NCBI GenBank assembly: GCA_964016885.1
Contig: OZ024743.1
Span: forward strand, 229,400,001-229,464,000
DNA: 64,000 nt
Source: Eledone cirrhosa
Taxonomy: Eukaryota
Reading direction: 5' to 3'
Positions 52,260 through 64,000 of the stretch are shown here, piece after piece. Made by a program: the position numbers and the translations under genes. The notes below the pieces were generated by a model that was given only the letters and a program-made list of their open reading frames with translations, searched no databases and was not told where the DNA came from. Within the stretch, counting starts at the first letter, position 1. The number at the start of each line of letters is the position of its first letter.

Positions 52260-55200
52260 TTTGTGATATTGGTTTGTAGGGTTGGTTCGAAGGTTAGTCG
52301 GTTGGCTGGTTGGCGGGGTTGGTTTGTAGGGTTGGTTTGTGGGGTTGGTTTGTGGGGTTGGTTTGTAGGGTTGGTTTGTGGGGTTGGTTTGTGGGGTTGG
52401 TTTGTAGGGTTGGTTTGTAGGGTTGGTTTGTGGGGTTGGTTTTGTAGGGTTGATTTGTAGGGTTGGTTTGTAGGGTTGGTTTGTGGGGTTGGTTTGTGGG
52501 GTTGGTTTGTAGGGTTGGTTTGTAGGGTTGGTTTGTGGGGTTGGTTTGTGGGGTTGGTTTGTAGGGTTGATTTGTAGGGTTGGTTTGTGGGGTTGGTTTT
52601 GTAGGGTTGATTTGTAGGGTTGGTTTGTAGGGTTGGTTTGTGGGGTTGGTTTGTGGGGTTGGTTTGTAGGGTTGGTTTGTGGGGTTGGTTTGTAGGGTTG
52701 GTTTGTGGGGTTGGTTTGTGGGGTTGGTTTGTAGGGTTGGATTGTAGGGTTGGTTTGTAGGGTTGGTTTGTGGGGTTGGTTTGTAGGGTTGGTTTGTGGG
52801 GTTGGTTTGTGGGGTTGGTTTGTGGGGTTGGTTTGTAGGGTTGATTTGTAGGGTTGGTTTGTGGGGTTGGTTTTGTAGGGTTGATTTGTAGGGTTGGTTT
52901 GTAGGGTTGGTTTGTGGGGTTGGTTTGTGGGGTTGGTTTGTAGGGTTGGTTTGTGGGGTTGGTTTGTGGGGTTGGTTTGTGGGGTTGGTTTGTAGGGTTG
53001 GTTTGTAGGGTTGGTTTGTGGGGTTGGTTTGTGGGGTTGGTTTGTGGGGTTGGTTTGTAGGGTTGGTTTGTGGGGTTGGTTTGTAGGGTTGGTTTGTGGG
53101 GTTGGTTTGTGGGGTTGGTTTGTAGGGTTGGATTGTAGGGTTAGGTTTGTGGGGTTGGTTTGTGGGGTTGGCTTGTGGGGTTGGTTTGTGGGGTTGGTTT
53201 GTGGGGTTGGTTTTTTAGGGTTGGTTTGTAGGGTTGGTTTGTAGGGTTGGTTTGTGGGGTTGGTTTTGTAGGGTTGGTTTGTAGGGTTGGTTTGTAGGGT
53301 CGGTTTGTGGGGTTGGTTCGTGGGGTTGGTTTGTGGGGTTGGTTTGTGGGGTTGGTTTGTGGGGTTGGTTTTGTAGGGTTGGTTTGTAGGGTTGGTTTGT
53401 AGGGTTGGTTTGTGGGGTTGGTTTTGTAGGGTTGGTTTGTAGGGTTGGTTTGTGGGGTTGGTTTTGTAGGGTTGGTTTGTGGGGTTGGTTTATGGGGTTG
53501 GTTTTGTAGGGTTGGTTTGTGGGGTTGGTTTGTGGGGTTGGTTTTGTAGGGTTGGTTTGTAGGGTTGGTTTGTGGGGTTGGTTTGTGGGGTTGGTTTGTG
53601 GGGTTGGTTTGTGGGGTTGGTTTTGTAGGGTTGGTTTGTGGGGTTGGTTTGTGGGGTTGGTTTTGTAGGGTTGGTTTGTAGGGTTGGTTTGTGGGGTTGG
53701 TTTGTGGGGTTGGTTTGTGGGGTTGGTTTTGTAGGGTTGGTTTGTGGGGTTGGTTTGTGGGGTTGGTTTTGTAGGGTTGGTTTGTAGGGATGGTTTGTGG
53801 GGTTGGTTTGTGGGGTTGGTTTCTAGGGTTGGTTTGTAGGGTTGGTTTGTGGGGTTGGTTTGTGGAGTTGGCTTGTGGGGTTGGTTTGTGGGGTTGGTTT
53901 GTGGGGTTGGTTTGTAGGGTGTGTTTGTGGGGTTGATTTTGTAGGGTTGGTTTGTAGGGTTGGTTTGTGGGGTTGGTTTGTAGGGTTGGTTTGTGGGGTT
54001 GGTTTTGTAGGGTTGGTTTATAGGATTGGTTTGTGGGGTTGGTTTGTGGGGTTGGTTTGTGGGGTTGGTTTGTAGGGTTGGTTTGTGGGGTTGGTTTGTG
54101 GGCTTGGTTTGTGGGGTGTGTTTGTGGGGTTGGTTTGTAGGGTTGGTTTGTGAGGTTGGTTTGTCTGGTTGGTTTGTGGGGTTGGTTTCTGAGGTTGGTT
54201 TGTGGGGTTGGCTTGTGGGGGCGGTTTGTGGGGTTGGTTTTGTAGGGTTGGTTTGTGGGGTTGGTTTGTGGGGTTGGTTTTGTAGGGTTGGTTTGTAGGG
54301 TTGGTTTGTGGGGTTGGTTTGTGGGGTTGGTTTGTGGGGTTGGTTTGTGGGGTTGGTTTTGTAGGGTTGGTTTGTGGAGTTGGTTTGTGGGGTTGGTTTT
54401 GTAGGGTTGGTTTGTAGGGTTGGTTTGTGGGGTTGGTTTGTGGGGTTGGTTTGTGGGGTTGGTTTGTGGGGTTGGTTTGTGGGGTTGGTTTGTGGGGTTG
54501 GTTTGTGGGGTTGATTTCTAGGGTTGGTTTGTAGGGTTGGTTTGTGGGGTTGGTTTGTGGAGTTGGCTTGTGGGGTTGGTTTGTGGGGTTGGTTTGTGGG
54601 GTTGGTTTGTGGGGTTGGTTTGTGGGGTTGGTTTGTGGGGTTGGTTTTGTAGGGTTGGTTTGTAGGGTTGGTTTGTGGGGTTGGTTTGTGGGGTTGGTTT
54701 GTGGGGTTTGTTTGTGGGGTTGGTTTGTGGGGTTGGTTTGTGGGGTTGGTTTGTGGGGTTGGTTTGTGGGGTTGGTTTGTGGGGTTGGTTTGTAGGGTTG
54801 GTTTGTGGGGTTGGTTTGTGGAGTTGGCTTGTGGGGTTGGTTTGTGGGGTTGGTTTGTGGGGTTGGTTTGTAGGGTGTGTTTGTGGGGTTGATTTTGTAG
54901 GGTTGGTTTGTAGGGTTGGTTTGTGGGGTTGGTTTGTAGGGTTGGTTTGTGGGGTTGGTTTTGTAGGGTTGGTTTATAGGATTGGTTTGTGGGGTTGGTT
55001 TGTGGGGTTGGTTTGTGGGGTTGGTTTGTAGGGTTGGTTTGTGGGGTTGGTTTGTGGGCTTGGTTTGTGGGGTGTGTTTGTGGGGTTGGTTTGTAGGGTT
55101 GGTTTGTGGGGTTGGTTTGTCGGGTTGGTTTGTGGGGTTGGTTTCTGAGGTTGGTTTGTGGGGTTGGCTTGTGGGGGCGGTTTGTGGGGTTGGTTTGTGG

Positions 55201-57530
55201 GGTTTGTTTGTAGGGTTGGATTGTATGGTTGGTTTGTGGCGTTGGGTTTTGTGGTTGGTTTGTTAGGTTGGTTTGTGGGGTTTGTTTGTCGGGTTGGTTT
55301 GTGGGGTTTGTTTGTGGGGTTGGTTTCTGAGGTTGATTTGTGTGTGTTGGTTTGTGGGGTTGGTTTGTGGGGTTGGTTTGTGGAGTTGGTTTGTAGGGTT
55401 GGTTTGTGGGGTTGGTTTGTGGGGTTAGTTTGTAGGGTTGGTTTGTGGGGTTTGTTTGTGGGGTTTGTTTGTGGAGGTTAGGTTGTGGGGTTGGTTTGTA
55501 GGGTTGGTTTGTAGGGTTGGTTTGTAGGGTTGGTTTGTCGGGTTGGTTTGTGGGGTTGGTTTGTGGGGTTGGGTTGTGTGGTTGGTTTGTTAGGTTGGTT
55601 TGTAGTGTTGGTTTGTGGGGTTGGTTTGTGGGGTTTGTTTGTGGGGTTGGTTTCTAGTTTGGTTTGTGGGATTGGTTTGTGGGGTTAGTTTGTAGGGTTG
55701 GTTTGTGGGGTTTGTTTGTGGGGTTTGTTTGTGGGGTTGGGTTGTGGGGTTGGTTTGTAGGCTTGGTTTGTAGGGTTGGTTTGTAGGGTTGGTTTGTGGC
55801 GTTGGGTTGTGGCGTTGGTTTGTTAGGTTTGTTTGTAGGGTTGGTTTGTGGGGTTGGTTTGTGGGGTTGGTTTGTGGGGTTGGGTTGTGTGGTTGGTTTG
55901 TTAGGTTGGTTTGTAGTGTTGGTTTGTGGGGTTGGTTTGTGGGGTTTGTTTGTGGGGTTGGTTTCTAGTTTGGTTTGTGGGACTGGTTTGTGGGGTTAGT
56001 TTGTAGGGTTGGTTTGTGGGGTTTGTTTGTGGGCTTTGTTTGTGGGGTTGGGTTGTGGGGTTGGTTTGTAGGCTTGGTTTGTAGGGTTGGTTTGTAGGGT
56101 TGGTTTGTGGCGTTGGGTTGTGGCGTTGGTTTGTTAGGTTTGTCTGTAGGGTTGGTTTGTGGGGTTGGTTTGTGGGGTTTGTTTTTTGGGTTGGTTTGTG
56201 GGGTTGGTTTGTGGGGTTGGTTTGTGGGGTTGGTTTTAGGGTTTGTTTGTGGGGCTGAGTTGTGGGGTTGGTCTGTAGGGTTGGTTTGTAGGGTTGGTTC
56301 GGATGTTTTTCGGTTGGCTGGTTGGTGGGGTTGGTTTGTATGTTTGTTTTTTAGGTTTGGTTTGTGGGGTTGGTTTGTAGGTTTGATATGTAGAGTTGGT
56401 TTTTTTATGGTTGGTTTGTAGGGTTGGTTTGTGGGGTTGGTTTGTAGGAATTTTTTTGTAGGGTTGGTTTGTAGGGTTTGTTCGGAGGTTAGTCGGTTTG
56501 CTGGTTGGTAGGTTTGGTTTGTAGGGTTGGTTTTTAGGGTTGGTTTGTAGGGTTGGTTTGTGGGGTTGGTTTGTAGGGTTGGTTTGTAGGGTTGGTTTGT
56601 GGGGTTGGTTTGTAGGGTTGGTTTGTAGGGTTGGTTTGTGGGGTTGGTTTGTAGGGTTGGTTTGTAGGGTTGGTTCGGAGGTTAGTCGGTTGGCTGGTTG
56701 GTGGTGTTGGTTTCTAGGGTTGGTTTGTAGGGTTGGTCTGTAGGGTATGTTCGGAGGTTAGTCGGTTGGCAGGTTGATGAGGTTGGTTTGTGGGATTGGT
56801 TTGTGGGGTTGATTTATAGGGCTGGTTTGTGCGGTTGGCTTGTTGGGTTGGCTTTTGGGGTTGGTTTGTAGGGTTGGTTTGTGGGGTTGGTTTGTCTGGT
56901 TGGATTGTAGGGTTCGTTTGTGGGGTTCGTCTGTGCGTTTTCGATTGAGGGGTTCGTTTGTGGGGTTCGTTTGTTTGGGTTCGTTTGTGGGGTTTGTTTG
57001 TAGGGCTGGTTTGTAGGGTTGGTTTGTGGGGTTCGTTTGTGGGGTTGGTTTGTGGGGTTTGTTTATAGGGTTGGTTTGTGGTTTTGGTTTGTGGGGTTGG
57101 TTTGTGGGGTTGGTTTGTGGGGTTTGTTTGTAGGGTTGGTTTGTGGGGTTCGTTTGTGTTGTTGGTTTGTGGGGTTGGTTTGTGGGGTTGGTTTGTAGAG
57201 TTGATTTGTGAGGTTCGTTTGTGGCGTTGGTTTGTGGGGTTGGTTTGTGGGGTTCGTTTGTAGCGTTCGTTTGTAGGGTTGGTTTGTGTTGTTGGTTTGT
57301 GGGGTTGGTTTGTGGGGTTGGTTTGTAGAGTTTGTTTGTGGGGTTCGTTTGTGGGGTTCGTTTGTGTTGTTGGTTTGTGGGGTTGGTTTGTGGGGTTGGT
57401 TTGTAGAGTTGGTTTGTGGGCTTCGTTTGTGGGGTTGGTTTGTGGGGTTGGTTTATAGGGTTGGTTTATGGGGGTTGGTTTTGGAGCTTGCTTTGTGTTG
57501 TTGGTTTGTGGTCTTAGTTGGTTAGATGGT
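52260..57530 (+). repeat. 13-bp satellite (GGGTTGGTTTGTR)n, about 5.3 kb
   Basis: Unit read directly; the ORF track shows a 13-aa period (three units); homogeneous centre with decayed edges. Confidence 0.97.
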
Positions 57531-57534
57531 TGGC

Positions 57535-57695
57535 TGGCTAATAACTCATTTATCGATTCCGGAATGTACTTTAATAATGACCAGAAATAATGAAAGGCGG
57601 AGTTGAACTCTGAGATTTGAACTCAGAGAACAAAGAACCGGATAAAACTCCAGAAGGTATTGTGCACTACGCTTTAAAAACTCTGTCAATTCGAT
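57535..57695 (-). mobile_element. 5' half of a decayed family-A-type SINE (3' half at about 52190-52240)
   Basis: atgaaaggcggagttgaactctgagatttgaactcag matches atgaaaggcaaagtcaacctcgg..atttgaactcag of the 39551 copy. Confidence 0.65.
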
Positions 57696-57774
57696 GTCTG
57701 GAATGTGAAAGACATAGATGCAATAAAGCCTAACATCAAGAATATTTGAAAATATATATCACACGCCACACAAA

Positions 57775-58644
57775 CGAGGGGTATCTGAGACTACACAATG
57801 TCTGCTGAAAAATATATCCAAATTTTTTGCCGTTTTAAGTAATGATGGTAGGGAGACAAAATTTTGCATAGTTGAGTCACTTACATTCATGTGTGTACAT
57901 AGCTTTGATGACCTCGTTGGATACATCAGTCACTGTTATACAGCCAATGTGTGAGGTGCTGTACTACGTTTACCAATTCTATTTTCATTTCCCGATACTC
58001 CCAGCATGATCCCGAGTTCCTGAATACCGTGATAATTGGAAATGAGACGAACGTGTACACGTACAACCTGGAAATCGCAACTAAGATATAACAGTGGAAG
58101 TATCCAACGTCACAAAGACTATAAAAAGCCCATAATGTGAGAAAAAATATCGAAAATATGCTGACTGTTTTCTTCGACGACCGTGTATCATGAGTACACA
58201 GCGGAAGGATAACGAATAACAAAGGAGCCATATCAGGGTGTCCTCCGACGTCCGTGACGCAGCTTGGCGCAAGAGAACGAATATGTAGGCCTCGCAAAAC
58301 TGACATCTGCGTCATTACAACATATTGGCTCATTCGTAACAACTGATCCAAAGGTGCTTGGCAAATACTGTTATTTCGATCATTCGGCAGGCTCTGTACT
58401 CTCCAGGTATAACTCATTCTGACTTCTGGTTGTTTCTAAAAATGAAGATGTCCTTGAAAAGCTCTTGCTCCGAGAACCTTGAGGATATCACGCGGGTTGC
58501 AATTGCTCTAACAGTAAAAGAATCGTTGGCCTTAGTTTGTGGAGACTCAAGAGAACTGCTTTGAAAGGAATTAGCAATTGAATCCCACCAATACCTATTT
58601 TGTTTTTCTCAGTCTAAGGTCGGAGACGTTTTCGGCAGACTTAG
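57775..58644 (+). mobile_element. Degenerate mariner-family transposon
   Basis: GNETNVYTYNLE (GDETW motif), MLTVFFD, LRHYNILAH (LHHDNAPAH), ALYSPGITHSDFWLFLKMK (YSPDLAP.DF.LF); decayed termini cgaggggt... and ...cagacttag|ta. Confidence 0.85.
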
Positions 58645-60845
58645 TATATTCCAAAAAATTGAAGATGATTATCAAGTATCAGAATGCAGTTTAAGAACAC
58701 AGTTATTAATGTTTTTGAATATCTTTGCAACTAACAAATAGACATGTACACAGGTTGCTTTTGTTGTTTATTATCGGATCATCTCTGATCAAGCACATTT
58801 ATGATCTAGGGTTTTTCAGCCACGACTAGCTCATATATTTAAAGATATATTATTATGAATAAATTATATTTATACCCGTTTATGTAAAAATAAGCTACAT
58901 CAAAGACCAACCTTTCAAAATTCACTCAGGGGAAGAACATTAGTTCATTCCAGTTCTATGCTCACCGCATTCGTTTTCTACTGAACGAAAGAATCATAAA
59001 TATATTTATTTATTTCATGACAATGACATCATTCTTAACCACATTTTAAAACTACGATTTACTCTTGGAATCTACAACTTATTTGAGAAAATGCGAGGCA
59101 TAGACGTTAGGGTCATGATATGAAATTACGTTGCTGCAGTCTACTCAGTAGAAAAAAAAATGACTTGAACATGTAATTCAAAGGGCCAGCGTTGTCACAC
59201 ACAGCCATTCAGTATTAACATAACGGTACGCGTGTCTATAGGATGCTCAGGCATTTGCAGGCTAATTTCACGAATATGCTATTCCGTTGTTCCAACTACT
59301 GGAACATTCGTCGTTGGAACCGATGGAGATCCAACATAATACCTAACATCTTTGTTACCACACTCTTGGCACCTCCCATTTTAAATGATACTTGAAGAAT
59401 AAAACCGAAGTTTTTATCTCAATTCTTGGCACCGATATTGACGTTTCTAAAAGTCAAGACATCTTTGGCAACGCCAACTGGCTTCAGGAATAATTAGTGT
59501 TTGAACAAATGTCTAGGGTGGATAAGCTCAGCTGGTCAAATATATTGAGAACTATACACACATACATATACATACAATTGATTGAAATTTCTACACACAT
59601 ACACACGTATGTTACTTATCTATATATGCATATATATATATATATTTATATGCATGTAAACTATGTATATATGTTTATATGTATGTATATATGTATGCAT
59701 GTATGTTTGTTTGTTCTAAGACATTTTCATACAGAAATACCCATAAAAATACACACACACGTATGTATGATATACCTATGTGTAAATGCGTATATACAAA
59801 TGCGATTGAAAATAAAATTGAGTCCCACATATCTCATATAAAGGAATATATCGATATAATATACTCAATCTCAGAACTACTTCCTCACACACACAAAAAA
59901 CACACACAAATAAACGCACACGCACGTTTGTATGCATGTTATAGCGCAAGTAAGTATGATAACAACGGAGGAAGAGGGTACTCAATACGGGAGGTAAATT
60001 AATATAGATGTTTGAGTGAATGTCTGAATGTTTGTTAGTGTGTAGAATGAGAGAGCAAGGGGGAGAGTGAAAAGATGTTACTAAATGACATCAGTAGGAT
60101 CATAATTCAACTTAATACTCAATACTCTAAGGAAAGTAGAGTGTTGATGTTAGAAGATATCTCTGCCGTCAAGCTTAAACCTTTTTGCTGGTCAAATGGG
60201 AATAATTCCCTATTTATATGTGTGTGTGTGTCGTAACTTAGCGGTTTGACAAAAAAAAAATTGATTTATATAAGTACTAGATTTCAGAAAATAAATATTG
60301 GGGTCGATATGATCGACTAAAAGAGTAAAGTAATAGAGTAAAATAGAAACAGAAGGAAAAACTGAAAATTCAAAATAAAAAAAAATAGATCATAGAGAAT
60401 GAGAAACTAAAATATATATTTAAAAAGAAAAACGATAGAAGAAAGAAATGTATAAGGAAAATGGAAGAATAAATGAAAATAAAAAAGAAATAACAAAAGA
60501 GAGAAAATCTTGAAGAAACCGAATGGGAAATTGTAGTAAATGCAAAAGAGTAGAAAGAGGAAAGAAGAGAGTAAATGGGGTGAAGAGTCTGAAGGATAAA
60601 TGAAAAGAGAAACTTAGTGTGAACAAATGAAATTAGAAAGTATACACACACACATACACATACACACACACGCGCACACACATATTTAGAGGGGAAGACA
60701 TGTATATACACATATTTATATATATCTCTCTCTCTCTATATATATATATATGTATGTATATTATATATATATACATACATACACATACACACACACACAC
60801 ACACATATACAGGTTATTCCAAAATAATGTATATATACTTCAATG

Positions 60846-60894
<49 letters not shown>

Positions 60895-61179
60895 AATATA
60901 TTTATTTTATATATATATATACAAAGAAAGCAAAGGTGAAGAGAATCAAAAATTAAGATAAAGATTGAAAGAAAAAAATTATACATAAAACAATAAAACG
61001 AATAAGAAATATCCAACCGAACAGCGGAAGAAAGAAAGCACTGATGAAATACGAAGGGGCAGCGAATGAAAATTGGGTAAAAAAAGGAAGAATTTATGTT
61101 TACTTTAGAACAATTCAATATAAATCTATCAATCTATAATATAGTTCTGAAGTGGAAATCACATTTGTTGCTTTACACT

Positions 61180-61400
61180 GTCCATTAGAGGGAGAGAAAA
61201 AAAAATAAAGCAACAAAAAACTTGTCAGTAATGCTGTTTTCATGGAGTTAGTTTTAGTTGTTTAAGCGGTGGTTGTCAGCCGGAGACGACGTTAGCGTTG
61301 GTGGTTACCGGCGGATGCGTCGAGGCCTAAAGTTGTGCGCATGCGTATAACGAGAACAGCATATTATTGAGTAGTAATTTGCTAGAGGGCGAAGAGGAAA
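61180..61400. promoter_or_regulatory. CpG-rich unique island with NRF1-like and CTCF-like motifs
   Basis: TGCGCATGCGTA 61336-61347; ccattagagggag 61182-61194; gctagagggcg 61381-61391; local CpG enrichment in AT-rich surroundings. Confidence 0.4.
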
Positions 61401-61871
61401 AAAATGTTGGAAAAAATAGAAATGAAAGACAGAAGTAAATATATATATAATAGAATAGAATAAAATAAAGTAAACTATATTATATTATATAAAAATAAAA
61501 GCCGAAAGGATTCTTCATTACAGAAGACACATCCAATTTGAAAACGTCAAAATACGATTCATTTTCAAGTGGAAATATCATTTGAAGACAAAACTCAATA
61601 ACAGTGGCTTTTTGATTAATGAAAAATTTGAACCGGGGCTAAAAGATCAGACGTAGAACAGAGTAGGTAGCGAGGAAAGTAAACATATGTGGGTTAGTAG
61701 TGAAATGTCTAAGTTGTCAGTCATTTTGTTAGGTCGGTTGGTTGGTTGGTTTCATTTGCTAAGATAGAACTAAGACTGCAAGGAGAGAAATGATAAATAA
61801 ATAGAGTGGGAGAAAGACAGAGATGTAGATAGAGAAAGAAAAAGTAAAAGTGAGAGAGGAGGAGAATGAAT

Positions 61872-61946
<75 letters not shown>

Positions 61947-63394
61947 TGGAGGAAAACGAGAGAAAAAGAGGAAGAGAGAGAAAGAAAGTGAGAAAAAGAG
62001 CGAAAGAGAAAGATAAAGAAAGCGAGATAGAAATAATATGAGAGAATGTAAGAAAGAGAAAGAGAGTGAGTGACGGAAAAGAGTGAGGGAGAAAGACAGA
62101 GAACTTTGGAAAACTGCCTAACCTAATACGATTGTAATAGCGTTGGTTCTACACCTCAACTTAGCAGCGAAAATAACAAATATTTATCTATCTTCGCCAC
62201 ATGTATTCTTCAGGCGCTAACCTTGTCAAGAACTTAACGGAAATTCTGCACACTAACAAAACACTCATCGCCATATTACAACAACCCCTCACTGAGAAAT
62301 TGAAATTCAATCACAGATTCTCTTATAATTTTAATCTTGCATTTAGATTTATGTCTATTGTTGGAGTTCCAGTTGGAAGGATCTTGATCGATTTATCGAC
62401 AAAAAGCTAGATAACTAGTCAAAAGGGTGAGGGTTTCATATCTCAACACGCCTACATTGTACATGGTGGTTAATTGTAAAGGTATCTATGACAACATAGA
62501 TCATCCGATAGAATGGTTTGCGATATGTTTGCCTTTCATCATTTCCAGATCGATAAATAAAGAATTAGTCCTGTACGAATGTCGGTTCTTCCTCTATTTC
62601 TGTTTCTTACTTCCTCTGTTTCTAGCATTCTCCGACAAAAATCAGCTGTGTTCATACTTGGAGAAGGAACGGGCTCCACCAAGTTTAAATTCAAAAAATC
62701 CTGCCGGTGTGAGATTGCATTTTCCTTTCCTTTTTTCCTTTCCTATGGTGCATAATTCCTTTGTTGGAATTATATATATCATGAGTTAGCAAACCACTTC
62801 AAGCAGTGGCGCAGTGTATAAAAAAAGGAGTATTTCATTAGCTCTACGCACTTCTGATTTGAAGTGCTCCAAAAACAAGTAACTTCGTTGAGATTCCATC
62901 ATGAACTAAACCACAACAACAACAACAAATTCCCGAATATGTTGTATTCGTATTGAGTCGTGAATCCAATTTCAGTGCACTGAATATGTCAAGTAATTTA
63001 AAGAAATTAAAAAGAAATACATAACCCAGTTTTTAAAATGCAAGGTACCACAAGTTTCTGATTTCATGTCTTGTTAAACCAAAGTGAGAGATTGATCTTC
63101 CCTTGGATATGACAATAGACTTTCACATGTCGAGATTTTCAGCTGAAGAATTGAATTCCATACTATAATCATTGTCTACATTGGACCTCCATCAGAGCCG
63201 ATAACAAGTGTTCCACTTGTTTGATCTACGGAACAGCCTGCTCGTGAAATTAAGGTAAAAGTGACTGAAAATTTCACAGATATGTTCCTTTAACATAATC
63301 CTAGTGGACATTCAGCGTAAAAAAGTGTTTGACAAGACAGTTTTTTTCTAATTACAAGTATAACTAATTTTCTCCAGTAGAGTGAAGGGAGGTA

Positions 63395-63680
63395 AAGGCC
63401 AAACTCGCTGTCTTTAATTCGGTATTCGTGCCAACCTTTACTTGTCATGAATCTTGGCTAATAACCGAAATAATACGATCGCGAATACAAGCGGCGGAGG
63501 TGGGATTCCTCCGAAGAGTCTTTGGAGTAACGTTTCTGCATAAAGTGCGTAGCTCGGGGATCAGAGAGTCACTCCAGGTAGAGACGCTACTGCTCCGAAT
63601 CGAGAGATCACAGCTCCTACAGATATTATGGGCATGTGGTTAGAATATCTCTGAAAGAATAACTGAACAGATTTTACGGC
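63395..63680 (+). mobile_element. RTE (Rex3/Expander-like) C-terminal fragment
   Basis: KAKLAVFNSVFVPTFTCHESWLITE..RSRIQAAEVGFLRRV.GVT...KVRSSGIRESLQVE.LLLRIERSQL..GHVVR. Confidence 0.88.
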
Positions 63681-64000
63681 AAGAAGAAGAGTGAACTGGA
63701 GTAATATGAAATTAGTGTATTTGCTCAAGGAAACATTGCACTGCCCGATCTAGGAAATGAATTCATGACGTTCCCATTACCTTAACCGCTAAGCCACGCT
63801 CTTTCAATAGAGGTTAATGGAACATCTAATACATTTTTTACTCGAAGATTACTGGCCATGAAGAACAACTAAATATTCAGCTACGAGTGAACGAGGGAGC
63901 CTCTACCTGGTTGCTTAAGCTGCTAAAATAGCAACCGAAAGTGAGTTGAACATTTTAACCACTAAGCCACGCGCCCTTACGAACTTTACATCATACTTTA

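Noticed and set aside
52167-57525. GLVCGVGLWGWFV repeat ORFs
   Set aside because: Translation of a 13-bp satellite with frequent stops and frameshifts.
52260-57530. True telomere array
   Set aside because: The unit is 13 bp, not TTAGGG, and ordinary sequence continues on both sides.

Overview
Eukaryotic, AT-rich, microsatellite-saturated DNA with no recognisable host protein-coding exon. The SINE families and repeat make-up suggest an octopod cephalopod, but that is an inference. The window is a transposon graveyard: three Penelope-like element (PLE) GIY-YIG fragments, an internally deleted Helitron (PIF1 helicase), L1/Tx1, R4/Dong, RTE, mariner and hAT/hATm relics, several MITEs and many tRNA-derived SINEs. 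It also holds a 14-kb G/T-skewed block ending in a 5.3-kb 13-bp satellite. The most interesting signal is two nests (about 0.2-5 kb and 28-34 kb) of fold-back palindromes embedded in (TA)n. They carry type I hammerhead-ribozyme cores or near-complete tRNA-like cloverleaves with Pol III terminators, and their turning points coincide with RNA hairpins, suggesting a family of PLE-mobilised ribozyme/tRNA-mimic elements. The satellite appears to have grown inside a single SINE. Most ORF-track entries are translations of simple repeats. All calls were made by eye and the boundaries of decayed elements are approximate.
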